From Chloroflexota bacterium (GTDB lineage: Bacteria > Chloroflexota > Limnocylindria > Limnocylindrales > CSP1-4), in contig JACQEH010000025.1 in NCBI GenBank assembly GCA_016200675.1, positions 1 to 44,022 on the forward strand: DNA of 44,022 nt. Reading direction: 5' to 3'. How positions within the stretch are numbered: the first letter of the stretch is position 1; each line of letters begins with the position of its first letter. The notes below the pieces were generated by a model, which searched no databases, was not told the origin of the DNA, and saw nothing but the letters and a program-made list of their open reading frames with translations. Both the position numbers and the translations under genes were made by a program. Of the stretch, positions 12,552-21,769 are shown in pieces.

Positions 12552-13447
12552 TCAGTGCGGAGCCAGCGCCAGGAGGACGGCACCCGCCACGACCAAGCCG
12601 GCGGCCAGGACGCGCTGGACGGCCTCCCGCCCGCCGTTCGATTCGCCGAGCCGGAAGGCGCCCCAGAGCGCCGCCAGGACGATCCCGGACTCCCGGAGCG
12701 GCGCCACGGCCGCGAGGGGCGCGATCGAGTAGGCGAAGAGGATCAGCAGGTAGGCCGTCAGCGACAGGACGCCGGCGGCACCGTCCCGCCAGGCCGGCGT
12801 GGCGCGGACCGGAGGCGGCGGCCCGAGGAGGCCCGCGCGTCGGCCGATGACGACGCTGCTCCAGAGGATCGTCGTGGCGAACACGGCGAGCAGGGCCCCG
12901 TACGTCCACGGCGCCAGGATCCGGACGCCCACCCGGTCGAGCGCCGAGTAGGCCGCGATGGTGGCCCCGGTGGCGAGGGCGAACCCGATCGCCCCGCGAT
13001 GCTCGGCGCCCGCGGAGCGGATCGCCCGCCACGGTCTGGCGACGAGAAGGATCCCACCGAGGAGGCAGGCGACGCCAGGCCCGCCGGCACCGAAAGCCGC
13101 TCCCCGAGGACGACCACGCCGACGAGGATCGCCGCCAACGGGGCGCTGCCGCGGGCGACTGGATAGACGAGCGACAGGTCTCCCCGGCTGTAGGCCGCCG
13201 ACAGAAAGATGAAGTAGGCAGCCTCCAGGCCCCCCGAGGCGAGGGCCAGCCCGACGCCGGCAGGCTCGAGCGGCGGCCGGCCGACCAGCAGCCAGGCGGC
13301 GACGCCGACGGGGACGAGGACGCCGGTGCCGATGGCCTGGAGGCGGACCGCCGTCCGCAGCGGATCGCCGGAGGTCTTGAGAAGGACGTTCCAGCCTGCA
13401 TGCAGGATGGCGGCCGACAGGACCATGACAACCGCGATCGGGGGCAT
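12552..13447 (-). pseudogene. EamA/DMT-family transporter split by a 1-nt frameshift
   Basis: The N-half from ATG 13447 (MPPIAVVMVLSAAILHAGWNVLLK..APLAAILVGVVVLGERLS) is in one frame. The C-half (..AAFGAGGPGVACLLGGILLVARPWRAI..GVRILAPWTYGALL..LAAGLVVAGAVLLALAPH*) is in another. The switch lies at about 13090-13105, next to GGGG and TTT runs. Confidence 0.75.
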
Positions 13448-13451
13448 CGCC

Positions 13452-15128
13452 TCAGCGACCGATGTCGCGCCGCCGGATTCCGGCCGCACCGAGGGCGAGG
13501 CCCCCGACCGCCAGGACGACGAAGAGGACGATCCCCGACTCGTCGAACCGGCCGAGCATCGGGGTCCCGAGGTGGCGGTTGAGGTCCAGGCTCATGACCG
13601 CATCAGGCAGGCGGAGGATCCCGCCGAGGAGGTCGGCGATGGAGAAGACGAGGGTGAGGATGCCCGTGACCGGCGCGGCCAGCGACGGCCGGACGAGCCC
13701 GCCGACGGCCAGGCCGATCCCGGCCAGGGCCAGCCCGTAGAGGCCGACCATCGCCACGCCGAAGACCGGTCGGTCGATCGGTCCGCCCTGGGCCGCGGTC
13801 CCGACGGCCACCCCGGCCGCCATCAGGAGGGTCGTGAGCCCGATCGCCACGAACACCGCAGAACCGCTCCGAAGCGTCCAGGCGATGCGGCTCACTGGCG
13901 CCGCCAGGAGGACCTCCAGGCGCCGATCGTTCTCGTCCGACGCCCAGCCGCCGACGAAGACGGCCGCCGTGAGGCCGATCATGACGATGCCCTGCTGGAA
14001 GAAGGCCAGCTGCAGGAATCCGCCGGTCGACAGGATGTCGGCCCCGGGGTAGACCAGACGGATCATCTGCGTCATCTGCGGGATCTTCGCGATCTGGGTC
14101 ACGAATTCGTCGGCCGAGGTGGCGATGAGGAGGGCATAGAGTCCCAGGCCGGCGCCCCAGATCAGCGCCGCCGGGAAGCGCTCCCCGAGCCCTCGCAGGA
14201 ACGGGCCGCGGACCCACAGGCGAAGCGGCGGCACCCGGAACCGCCCGGGCGACGGCGCCAGGAGGTCGCGCCGCTCGAAGACCGCCACGCCGGCGACCAG
14301 CAGCCCGAGGACGATGACGGCCAGCAGCTCCATCGCCGGCCAGTCCCAGCGGCCGGCCAGGGGTCGGTGCCCGGCCGTGAGCTGGAGGTAGGAGAACGGC
14401 TTCAACGACTCGAAGGCCGGCACGATGTTGGCGTACGCCTGGACCACGAAGCTCAGGAACAGGACGGTCGCCCCGACCGCCAGGGAGCCGCTCCGCCCGA
14501 GCACGGGTGCCACCGCGAAGGCGAGGGCGCCGGGTGCCAGGACCGTCAGGAAGACCCAGGCGCCCTGGGCCGCGACGGCAGGCCCCGACACGCCGTCGCC
14601 GGGGAGCTGGGCCAGGGCATTGACGCCTGCCCACGTGGCAACCTCCAGGATCGCGACGGCCAGGGCCAGGGCGGCGAGGAAGGCACCGACCTTCTCGATC
14701 GCCAGGCGTCGCCGGGCGACGGGCGTCGAGGCGACGGGGTCGAGGCTGCCCCGCGCCAGCTCGCCCGCGAGCGTCCCCGACAGGGCGACGAGGGACCAGA
14801 TGCCGAGCATCACGGGGACGAAGTTGAAGATCCGCCAGGAGACGAATCCACCCAGCGTCTCGATGTGGATCGGCTCGCCCAGCATCCCCTGGAAGAGCGC
14901 GGGCAGGGCCGTCAGCTGGGCGGCGAAGAGGAGTCGCCCGGCGGCCGTCGGGAACTCCGTCGCGACCTGGGACGCCGTGGCGACGGCCAGCGCCCCGAAT
15001 AGGGCGCCGATGATGACAGCCGTCCGCCGGCTGTCGCGGAAGGCCTTGCCGAAGACGGACCCGAGGCCCAGCAGCCTGCTGCGGACCGTCGGCGCGACGA
15101 GGACACTACTCCCCGAGGCGGCGCTCAC
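13452..15128 (-). CDS. ABC-2 type transporter permease (large, ~12 TM)
   Basis: A 558-aa highly hydrophobic product. Its GTG start overlaps the stop of the upstream ATPase gene (GTGA at 15125-15128). I recognised no other domains. Confidence 0.85.
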   Translation of the reverse strand: MSAASGSSVLVAPTVRSRLLGLGSVFGKAFRDSRRTAVIIGALFGALAVATASQVATEFPTAAGRLLFAAQLTALPALFQGMLGEPIHIETLGGFVSWRIFNFVPVMLGIWSLVALSGTLAGELARGSLDPVASTPVARRRLAIEKVGAFLAALALAVAILEVATWAGVNALAQLPGDGVSGPAVAAQGAWVFLTVLAPGALAFAVAPVLGRSGSLAVGATVLFLSFVVQAYANIVPAFESLKPFSYLQLTAGHRPLAGRWDWPAMELLAVIVLGLLVAGVAVFERRDLLAPSPGRFRVPPLRLWVRGPFLRGLGERFPAALIWGAGLGLYALLIATSADEFVTQIAKIPQMTQMIRLVYPGADILSTGGFLQLAFFQQGIVMIGLTAAVFVGGWASDENDRRLEVLLAAPVSRIAWTLRSGSAVFVAIGLTTLLMAAGVAVGTAAQGGPIDRPVFGVAMVGLYGLALAGIGLAVGGLVRPSLAAPVTGILTLVFSIADLLGGILRLPDAVMSLDLNRHLGTPMLGRFDESGIVLFVVLAVGGLALGAAGIRRRDIGR

Positions 15129-16060
15129 CTGGCGAGGCTTTGGCCGGGTCCGGTCCCGTACTCGGCCAGGAACACTTCTTCGAGCGACGGCTCGCGGCTC
15201 ACGAAGTCGACGAGGTGTCCGGCGGCCGCCAGGCGGACGATCGGGGCGATCGGGCCGCTGACGAGCATCCGCAGCGTGCGACCCTCACTGACGAGGTTGC
15301 TGACGCCGGGGATCGCCGCGTAGGGCGCCGGATCCACGGGCTCGCCGAAGCGCAGCTCGACTTCGTGGGCGGCCAGCTCGCGGAGGGCGTCGACGGTGTC
15401 GAGGCGCACGATCCTGCCGTCGCGGATGATCGCCACCCGGTCGCAGGTCCGCTCGACCTCGCTGATGATGTGGGAGGAGAGGAAGACCGTCCGGCCCTCG
15501 GCCTTCGCCTCGAAGAGGAGCTCGTTGAAGACCTGCTGGACGAGCGGGTCCAGGCCGGCCGTGGGCTCGTCGAGGATCAGGAGATCGGGCTTGTGCTGGA
15601 GGGCGCAGATGAGCCCGACCTTCTGCTTATTGCCCTTGGAGTACTCGCGGAAGCGCCGGCTGGGATCCAGCCCGAGGCGCTCGATGAGCTCGGCGATGTA
15701 GGCCGCGTTCCGGCCGCCCTGGAGGTTGGCGAAGTACTCGATCGTCTCGGAGCCCGTGAGGCGATCGTAGAGCGTGAACTCGCCGGGCAGGTAGCCGATC
15801 CGGCGATGGATCGCGACCGGGTCGCGGGTCGTCTCGATGCCGAAGACGAATGCCCGGCCGGAGGTCGGGCGGATCAGGTCGAGGAAGATCCGGATCGTCG
15901 TGGTCTTGCCCGCCCCGTTCGGCCCGAGGAAGCCGAAGATCTCGCCGGGGCGGACCTCGAGGTCCACCTCGACGATGCCCCGGTGGACGCCGTAGGACTT
16001 CGTGAGCGACTCCGCCCGGATGGTGGGCGCCGCCGGAGCGATCCCGGGCGCGTCAGACAC
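15125..16060 (-). CDS. ABC transporter ATP-binding protein (ABC-2/DrrA-NatA-like)
   Basis: Motifs present are Walker [11 protein letters not shown], the signature-like SKGNKQKVGL, Walker B LLILDEPTAGLD and the H-loop SSHI. The GTG start overlaps the stop of the upstream ALDH-like gene by 8 nt. Confidence 0.92.
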   Translation of the reverse strand: MSDAPGIAPAAPTIRAESLTKSYGVHRGIVEVDLEVRPGEIFGFLGPNGAGKTTTIRIFLDLIRPTSGRAFVFGIETTRDPVAIHRRIGYLPGEFTLYDRLTGSETIEYFANLQGGRNAAYIAELIERLGLDPSRRFREYSKGNKQKVGLICALQHKPDLLILDEPTAGLDPLVQQVFNELLFEAKAEGRTVFLSSHIISEVERTCDRVAIIRDGRIVRLDTVDALRELAAHEVELRFGEPVDPAPYAAIPGVSNLVSEGRTLRMLVSGPIAPIVRLAAAGHLVDFVSREPSLEEVFLAEYGTGPGQSLAR

Positions 16061-17012
16061 CGATCGGGTGCCAGACGGTCTTCATCTCGAGGTAGGCGGC
16101 GATCCACTCGGGGCGCTCCGAGGCGCGATCCTCGAGCCAGTCGAAGCGGGCGTCGGTGGTGCCGGCGGGTCGGCGGATGATGCGCTTGACGTTCTCCGTC
16201 GCGGCCAGCTCGGCGTCGCGGCGGGCGTCGTCCGCGACGCCCCAGACGTCGATCGAATCGACGTCCTCGTGACCGGCCATCACGGGCACGAGCTCCCGCT
16301 TGAGGCCGGTGATGACGTTGACGACGCCGGCCGGGACGTCCGACGTGGCGAGGACCTCGGCGAGGGTGATCGCCGGGAGGGGCCGCGTCTCGGAGGTCAG
16401 GGCCACGACGGCGTTGCCGGCGACCAGTGGCGGCGCCAGGCGCGACACGAGGCCCAGCAGGGATGACGTCTCGGGCGCCACGAGCCCGACCACGCCGGTG
16501 GGCTCCGGGATCGTGAAGTTGAAGTAGTCCGAGGCGACGGGGTTCGACGAGCCGAGCACCTGGGCGATCTTGTCGGCCCAGCCGGCGTACCAGACCCAGC
16601 GATCGATGGCCCGGTCCACGACCGCCCGGGCGCGGTCCGGCCGGAGGCCCTCGGCCTGCGCGACCTCGGCCACGAACTGGTCGTGGCGGCCCTCCATCAG
16701 CTCTGCGACGCGGTAGAGGACCTGGCCACGATTCATGGCCGTTCGGTCTTCCCAGCCGGGAAACGCCGCGCGGGCCGCTCGGACCGCGTCGCGGAGGTCC
16801 TTGCGCGAGCCACGACAGGCGTTCGCGACGGGCGTCCCATCGGCGGCTGTGACGAGATAGGAGCGACCGCTCTCCGTTCGCGGGAAGGCGCCGCCGATGT
16901 AGAGCTTGTACGTCTTGCGAACCTCGATCCGCGGGGGCGTGACAGAGACGGTGGTCGCCGCGCCGTGACGTGACCCGGCCCGACCCGGCGCGGTCGAGCG
17001 CCCCGTTGCCAT
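16053..17012 (-). CDS. aldehyde-dehydrogenase-family protein lacking the catalytic domain (about 319 aa)
   Basis: From ATG 17012 the N-terminal/NAD-binding part is ALDH-like (TYKLYIGGAFPR.., WVWYAGWADK, VVGLVAPETSSLLGLVSRLAPPLVAGNAVVALTSE, PAGVVNVITG). The ALDH-type C-terminal tail is also present (YLEMKTVWHPIGV*). No ELGG Glu or catalytic Cys segment is present. An alternative start lies at 17111. Confidence 0.8.
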   Translation of the reverse strand: MATGRSTAPGRAGSRHGAATTVSVTPPRIEVRKTYKLYIGGAFPRTESGRSYLVTAADGTPVANACRGSRKDLRDAVRAARAAFPGWEDRTAMNRGQVLYRVAELMEGRHDQFVAEVAQAEGLRPDRARAVVDRAIDRWVWYAGWADKIAQVLGSSNPVASDYFNFTIPEPTGVVGLVAPETSSLLGLVSRLAPPLVAGNAVVALTSETRPLPAITLAEVLATSDVPAGVVNVITGLKRELVPVMAGHEDVDSIDVWGVADDARRDAELAATENVKRIIRRPAGTTDARFDWLEDRASERPEWIAAYLEMKTVWHPIGV

Positions 17013-17220
17013 CAGCGCATCCCCACTGGATCTGTGGTCCAGCCCTCGGCCCCGGATGCACCACGTGCCGGACTGCCAATCCAGTGACGGGGCGGATGAT
17101 CGCCCAGGCACGGCAATTGCTCCCTGGTGCTGGACCTGAGGGCCAGCGTCGACGCCATGGAGGGCTGGCCGCTGGACTGGCAGGCCCGCGCCGCGATCCC
17201 GGCGGAACCGGGTGCCGCCA

Positions 17221-18723
17221 TCAGCGGTCCTCCAGGCGGACGTAGGCGTGGAGGCCGTGCATGCCGCCCTCCCGGCCGAACCCTGATTCCTTGTAGCCGC
17301 CGAAGGGCGACGTCGGATCGAAGCGGTTGAAGGTGTTGGCCCAGACCACCCCGGCCCGCATCCTGCGGGCCATCGAGAGGATCCGGCTGCCCTTCTCCGT
17401 CCAGATGCCGGCCGACAGTCCGTAGGGGGTGTTGTTGGCCTTCTCGACGGCCTCCTCGGGCGTCCGGAAGGTCAGCACGGAGAGGACCGGCCCGAAGATC
17501 TCCTCCCTGGCGATGCGATGGCTCTGGGCGACGCCGGTGAAGAGGGTCGGCCGGAAGAACCAGCCGCGCTCGGGCAGGTCGCAGGCCGGCTGGTAGAGCT
17601 CGGCCCCCTCGGCCACACCGGCCGCCACGAGCTCGGTGATCTTGTCGAGCTGCTGGCGGGAGTTGATGGCCCCGACGTCGGTGTTCTTGTCGAGCGGATC
17701 GCCGACGCGAATCGTGGCGAGCCGGTCCTTGAGCTTCTCGACGAGCGGCCCGACGATGGATTCCTGGGCGAGCAGCCGAGACCCCGCGCAGCAGACCTCG
17801 CCCTGGTTGAAGTAGATGCCGTTGACGATGCCCTCCACCGCCTGGTCGAGCGCGGCGTCCTCGAAGACGATGTTGGCGGCCTTGCCGCCGAGCTCGAGGG
17901 TGATCGCCTTGTCGGTCCCGGCGATCGCCCGCTGGATCAGCTTGCCGACGCCCGTCGAGCCGGTGAAGGCCACCTTGTCGACGCCGGGGCTCGAGACAAG
18001 GTGCATCCCGATCTCGGCCGGCCCCGGGACGATGTTGACGACGCCCGGGGGCAGGTCGGCCTGGCGGCAGACATCCGCGAACAGGAGGGCGGTCAAGGGT
18101 GTCGTGGACGCCGGCTTCAGGACGACCGTGTTGCCGGCCGCGAGCGCCGGCGCGATCTTCCAGCTCAGCATCAGGAGCGGGAAGTTCCAGGGGATGACCT
18201 GGGCCGCGACGCCCAGCGGCCGGGCGTTCCGGCCCGGGAAGGCGTATTCGAGCTTGTCCGCCCAGCCCGCGTAGTACCAGAAGTGGGCCGCGGCCAGAGG
18301 CACGTCGACGTCGCGGGACTCCTTGATCGGCTTGCCCGAATCCATCGTCTCGAGGACGGCGAACTCCCGGCTGCGCTCCTGCAGGATCCGGGCGATCCGG
18401 AAGAGGTACTTGGCCCGTTCGCGGCCGGGGAGGTTCCCCCAGCTGCGCCGCTGGGCCCGGCGAGCGGCCGCGATCGCCCGATCGACGTCGGCCGTCGTTG
18501 CCCGCGAGACGTCGGCGAGCTTCTCCTCCGTCGCCGGGTTGATCGTCTGGAAGGCGCCCTTGTCCGAGGCCTCGACCTCGCGGCCGTTGATGAACAGCCC
18601 GTAGCGCTCCCGGAGGCCGACGATGTCCCGCGATTCCGGCGCCGGCGCGTACTCCCAGGGGATGGCCTGGCCGTCGCCGAGCCCCCAGCCGGCTGGCGCA
18701 CGATCCCCGCTCCACGGGCGCAT
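17221..18723 (-). CDS. NAD(P)-dependent aldehyde dehydrogenase (full length, ~500 aa)
   Basis: ALDH motifs are VIPWNFPLLMLSWKIAPALAAGNTVVLKPA, FTGSTGVGK, LELGGKA (general base), FNQGEVCCAGSR (catalytic Cys) and EEIFGPV. The start is ATG 18723, or ATG 18753/18756. Confidence 0.9.
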   Translation of the reverse strand: MRPWSGDRAPAGWGLGDGQAIPWEYAPAPESRDIVGLRERYGLFINGREVEASDKGAFQTINPATEEKLADVSRATTADVDRAIAAARRAQRRSWGNLPGRERAKYLFRIARILQERSREFAVLETMDSGKPIKESRDVDVPLAAAHFWYYAGWADKLEYAFPGRNARPLGVAAQVIPWNFPLLMLSWKIAPALAAGNTVVLKPASTTPLTALLFADVCRQADLPPGVVNIVPGPAEIGMHLVSSPGVDKVAFTGSTGVGKLIQRAIAGTDKAITLELGGKAANIVFEDAALDQAVEGIVNGIYFNQGEVCCAGSRLLAQESIVGPLVEKLKDRLATIRVGDPLDKNTDVGAINSRQQLDKITELVAAGVAEGAELYQPACDLPERGWFFRPTLFTGVAQSHRIAREEIFGPVLSVLTFRTPEEAVEKANNTPYGLSAGIWTEKGSRILSMARRMRAGVVWANTFNRFDPTSPFGGYKESGFGREGGMHGLHAYVRLEDR

Positions 18724-18834
18724 CCTGGTGGCGTCGCTCGTCACGCGAGGCATCATACCCGGGATGCCACGCCGCTCCGCCCTCCCCTCCCCTGGCGGCC
18801 CGCCCGCCGGGACGCTGCCCATGCGGGTGGGAGA

Positions 18835-19491
18835 GTGACGTCCGTCGCCCTCGCCGGGCTCGCCGCGGCCGGGGTCGCTGCTCTGGTCGACTGGTTCGCG
18901 GTCGCCCGTGGGGACGCCCGGCTGGAGCGGGTCGCCAAGCCCCTGGTCATGGGGATCCTGATCGTGACGGTCCTCCTCTCGGACCCCGATGCCTCGCGGC
19001 GGAGCCTCCTCCTCGCCGTCGCCCTGGCCGCCTCCATGACCGGCGACCTGCTGCTCCTGCCGCCGGAGCGATTCACCTTCGGGCTCATCGCCTTCTTCGC
19101 GGCCCATCTCGCCTACCTCGGGGTCTTCCTGCTCCTCGGCCCCCTCCACGCCGATCGGGCCGCGATCGGGGCGCTCGTCGCGGCCGGGGTGCTTCTCGGC
19201 ATCGGGCGCGGCATCCTCGCCGGCGCGACCCGGGCGGGCATGCGCCGCCCGGTCGGCGCCTACCTTGCCGTGATCCTGCTCATGGCCGTGGCCGCCGGCG
19301 CGACGGGATCCCTGGCCGCGACCCTCGGGTCCTGGGCCTTCGTGACCTCCGACGCGATTCTGGGCTGGGACCGCTTTGCGGCTGCGGCGCCAGGATCGGT
19401 TCGCGATGCGCGGGCTCGGCGGCTGGCGGTCATCGTCACCTACCATGTCGCGCAGCTCCTCCTCACGACCGCCGTGCTTGCCGCCGCCTGA
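18835..19491 (+). CDS. YhhN-family membrane protein (lysoplasmalogenase-like)
   Basis: The C-terminal 218 aa of the long 17518 ORF reads VAKPLVMGILIV.., MTGDLLLL, FGLIAFFAAHLAYL and FVTSDAILGWDRF, matching the YhhN pattern. The start is GTG 18835 after GGGAG. The start is uncertain because the spacer is short. Confidence 0.7.
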   Translation: MTSVALAGLAAAGVAALVDWFAVARGDARLERVAKPLVMGILIVTVLLSDPDASRRSLLLAVALAASMTGDLLLLPPERFTFGLIAFFAAHLAYLGVFLLLGPLHADRAAIGALVAAGVLLGIGRGILAGATRAGMRRPVGAYLAVILLMAVAAGATGSLAATLGSWAFVTSDAILGWDRFAAAAPGSVRDARARRLAVIVTYHVAQLLLTTAVLAAA

Positions 19492-19511
19492 ACCTCGCTT
19501 CGCCACTCCAC

Positions 19512-21242
19512 GTGACCACCGCGCCGGCGGTCTCACCCAGCCATCGGAGCCCACCCGTGACCGAGCCGACCCCACGCTGGCAGCAACGCTATCGCGCACC
19601 GGTCGTCGGCTTCCCGACCTGGTCGCGGCACGCGCCCGATCGCCTCGTCTACGTCTCGTCGGAGAGCGGCATCTACCAGCTCCACAGCTGGGACGTGGCG
19701 AGCGGGGAGCAGCACCAGATCACCCACGAACCGGTCGGCCTGGTGTCCGGCGAGGTCAGCGCCGACGGCGAGTGGGTCCTCTGGCACCGCGACAGGACCG
19801 GCGACGAGTCGGGCTCGTGGATGGCCGCGCCGTTCGTCGGCGGGTCCCCGGAGCCCTTCGCCGAGGGCCTCCCGATCGGCTGGGACGAGGGCCTGGCACC
19901 AGGCCTGGAACGGACCGTGGCGGCCATCTCCGATCGTGACGGCTTCGCCATCCTCGTCACGGAGCGCGACGGCACGACCCGGTGTATCCGCCAGAGCCGG
20001 GACTCGATCCTCCTCGGCGGCAGCAACGCCATGGTCCGGGGCGGGACCGAGCTGGCGGGCCTGAGCGCGGACGAGCGACTCGTCGCGGTCGAGCACGGCG
20101 AGCACGGCGACCTCATCCACTCCGCGCTGCGCATCCTCGACGCCCGGACCGGCGCCATCGTCGCCGACCTCGAGGACGCCGGCAGGGAGCTCGTCGCCTT
20201 CGCCTGGTCGCCGGTCGCCGGCGACGAGCGGCTCGCAATCGGGCACGAGCGCCGGGGCGAGCGGGCCCCGGCCATCTGGGAGCCGCGGACCGGGGAGGTC
20301 ACGGACCTGGCCCTGCCGTGGGATCACCTGACCGAGGTGACGGACTGGTGGCCCGACGGCTCGGCGCTGCTGCTCTCCGAGCTCGACGCCGGCCGTCATC
20401 GGCTCCATCGCTACGACCGTGACGAGGCACTCCTCACGGCGGGCCCCGCGCCCACCGGCCGACCGTTCATCCCATGGTCGTTCCCGAACCCGCACGGGCA
20501 GGTGGTCACAGGCTGGCGGATCGAGCCGGGCGGCAGCGGGCCCTTTCCCACGCTCTTCCACATCCACGGTGGCCCGACGTCGGTGGACCTCGACCGCTGG
20601 GCACCGGACCTCCAGGCCTACGTGGACGCCGGCTTCCAGGTCGTCCTCGTGAACTACCGGGGCTCGATCGGGTTCGGCGCCGCCTGGCGCGACACGCTCA
20701 TCGGGAACATCGGCTGGCCGGAGGTGGAGGACATCCTCGCTGGGGTCGACGACCTCGTGGCGAGGGGACTCGCTGACCCGAACCGGCTTGCCATCGCCGG
20801 CTGGTCATGGGGCGGCTATCTGACCCTCCTGATGCACGGCATGCATCCCGATCGGTTCATCACCGGCGTTGCCGGCGTGCCGGTCGGCGACTACGCCCTC
20901 GGCTACGAGGACCTCTCGCCGCTCCTCCAGGCCTACGACCGCGCACTCCTCGGCGGGACGCCGGCCGAGGTGCCGGAGCTCATGGCCGAACGCTCCCCCA
21001 TCAGCTACGTCGACAACGTCAAGGCCCCGATCCTCTTCCTCGCCGGCGAGGCGGATTCACGCTGTCCGATCCGCCAGGTCCTCGCCTATACCGACCGGCT
21101 GGCCGCTCGCCACCACCCCCACGAGCTGTACCTCTTCCCAACGGGTCACGCGCCCTTCCAGATCGACGAGCGAATCCGCCAGACGGCGATCGTGCTGGAC
21201 TTCCTCGCTCGAACGGTGCCGGGAATCCGCGTCCCGGGCTGA
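19512..21242 (+). CDS. S9-family serine peptidase (prolyl oligopeptidase / acylaminoacyl-peptidase type, beta-propeller plus alpha/beta hydrolase)
   Basis: The C-terminal hydrolase domain has the nucleophile elbow IAGWSWGGYL, the Asp in FLAGEADSRC and the His in FPTGHAPF. The N-terminal half has propeller-like repeats. An alternative GTG start is at 19557. Confidence 0.85.
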   Translation: MTTAPAVSPSHRSPPVTEPTPRWQQRYRAPVVGFPTWSRHAPDRLVYVSSESGIYQLHSWDVASGEQHQITHEPVGLVSGEVSADGEWVLWHRDRTGDESGSWMAAPFVGGSPEPFAEGLPIGWDEGLAPGLERTVAAISDRDGFAILVTERDGTTRCIRQSRDSILLGGSNAMVRGGTELAGLSADERLVAVEHGEHGDLIHSALRILDARTGAIVADLEDAGRELVAFAWSPVAGDERLAIGHERRGERAPAIWEPRTGEVTDLALPWDHLTEVTDWWPDGSALLLSELDAGRHRLHRYDRDEALLTAGPAPTGRPFIPWSFPNPHGQVVTGWRIEPGGSGPFPTLFHIHGGPTSVDLDRWAPDLQAYVDAGFQVVLVNYRGSIGFGAAWRDTLIGNIGWPEVEDILAGVDDLVARGLADPNRLAIAGWSWGGYLTLLMHGMHPDRFITGVAGVPVGDYALGYEDLSPLLQAYDRALLGGTPAEVPELMAERSPISYVDNVKAPILFLAGEADSRCPIRQVLAYTDRLAARHHPHELYLFPTGHAPFQIDERIRQTAIVLDFLARTVPGIRVPG

Positions 21243-21256
21243 CGAGGGAGAACGTC

Positions 21257-21769
21257 ATGGGTCGACTCATTCGCACGCTCCTCGGTCTCACGATCCTCGC
21301 CTCGATCGCCTCGGCCATCGCCGCCGCGATGGTCAGGGAGCGGATGGTCTCGAAGGGCGAGCCCATCGACGACGAGATCGACCTCGTCGCAATCTTCAGG
21401 GGCCTCGATTTCCGGAGCCGGGCGATGGCCCTCCGGCGCGCCCGGGTGACCTCGTGGTACGGCGGGGCCACGCTCGACCTCCGGGAGGCGACGATCCACC
21501 CCGAGGGAGCGAGCATCGAGCTGCGGGCCGCGTTCGGCGGCCTCCGCCTCGTCGTGCCCGATGCGTGGCGCGTCGAGCAGCACCTCACGGCGATCTTCGG
21601 CGGCGTCGGGGACACTCGGGACGTGGGCGACACCGGGCTGCCCGGCGGCCCGCTCCTCACGATCGAAGGCTTCGCCCTTTTCGGTGGCGTCGGGATCGTC
21701 AGCGACGCCCCGGACCTCGACGACGAAGTCGAGGCCTCCGCCGAGCTGCCGCCGCTCGCTACGGCCTGA
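21257..21769 (+). CDS. membrane-anchored LiaF/DUF2154-like (cell-wall-active-antibiotic response type) domain protein
   Basis: RBS GAGGGAG precedes ATG 21257. One N-terminal TM helix is present (LLGLTILASIASAIAAAMV). The repeated beta-strand pattern WYGGATLDLREA..IELRAAFGGLRLVVPDAWRV..TAIFGGVGD..GFALFGGVGIV follows, and it is typical of LiaF C-terminal domains. Confidence 0.6.
   Translation: MGRLIRTLLGLTILASIASAIAAAMVRERMVSKGEPIDDEIDLVAIFRGLDFRSRAMALRRARVTSWYGGATLDLREATIHPEGASIELRAAFGGLRLVVPDAWRVEQHLTAIFGGVGDTRDVGDTGLPGGPLLTIEGFALFGGVGIVSDAPDLDDEVEASAELPPLATA

Noticed and set aside
17013-17220. The 208-nt gap between the two ALDH genes as a possible sRNA, riboswitch or missing exon-like piece of the truncated ALDH.
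   Set aside because: I saw only short GC hairpins (GGCGG..CCGCC and CCCGG..CCGGG just after the upstream stop). No frame here encodes ALDH catalytic motifs. The gap shrinks to 109 nt if the alternative start at 17111 is used.
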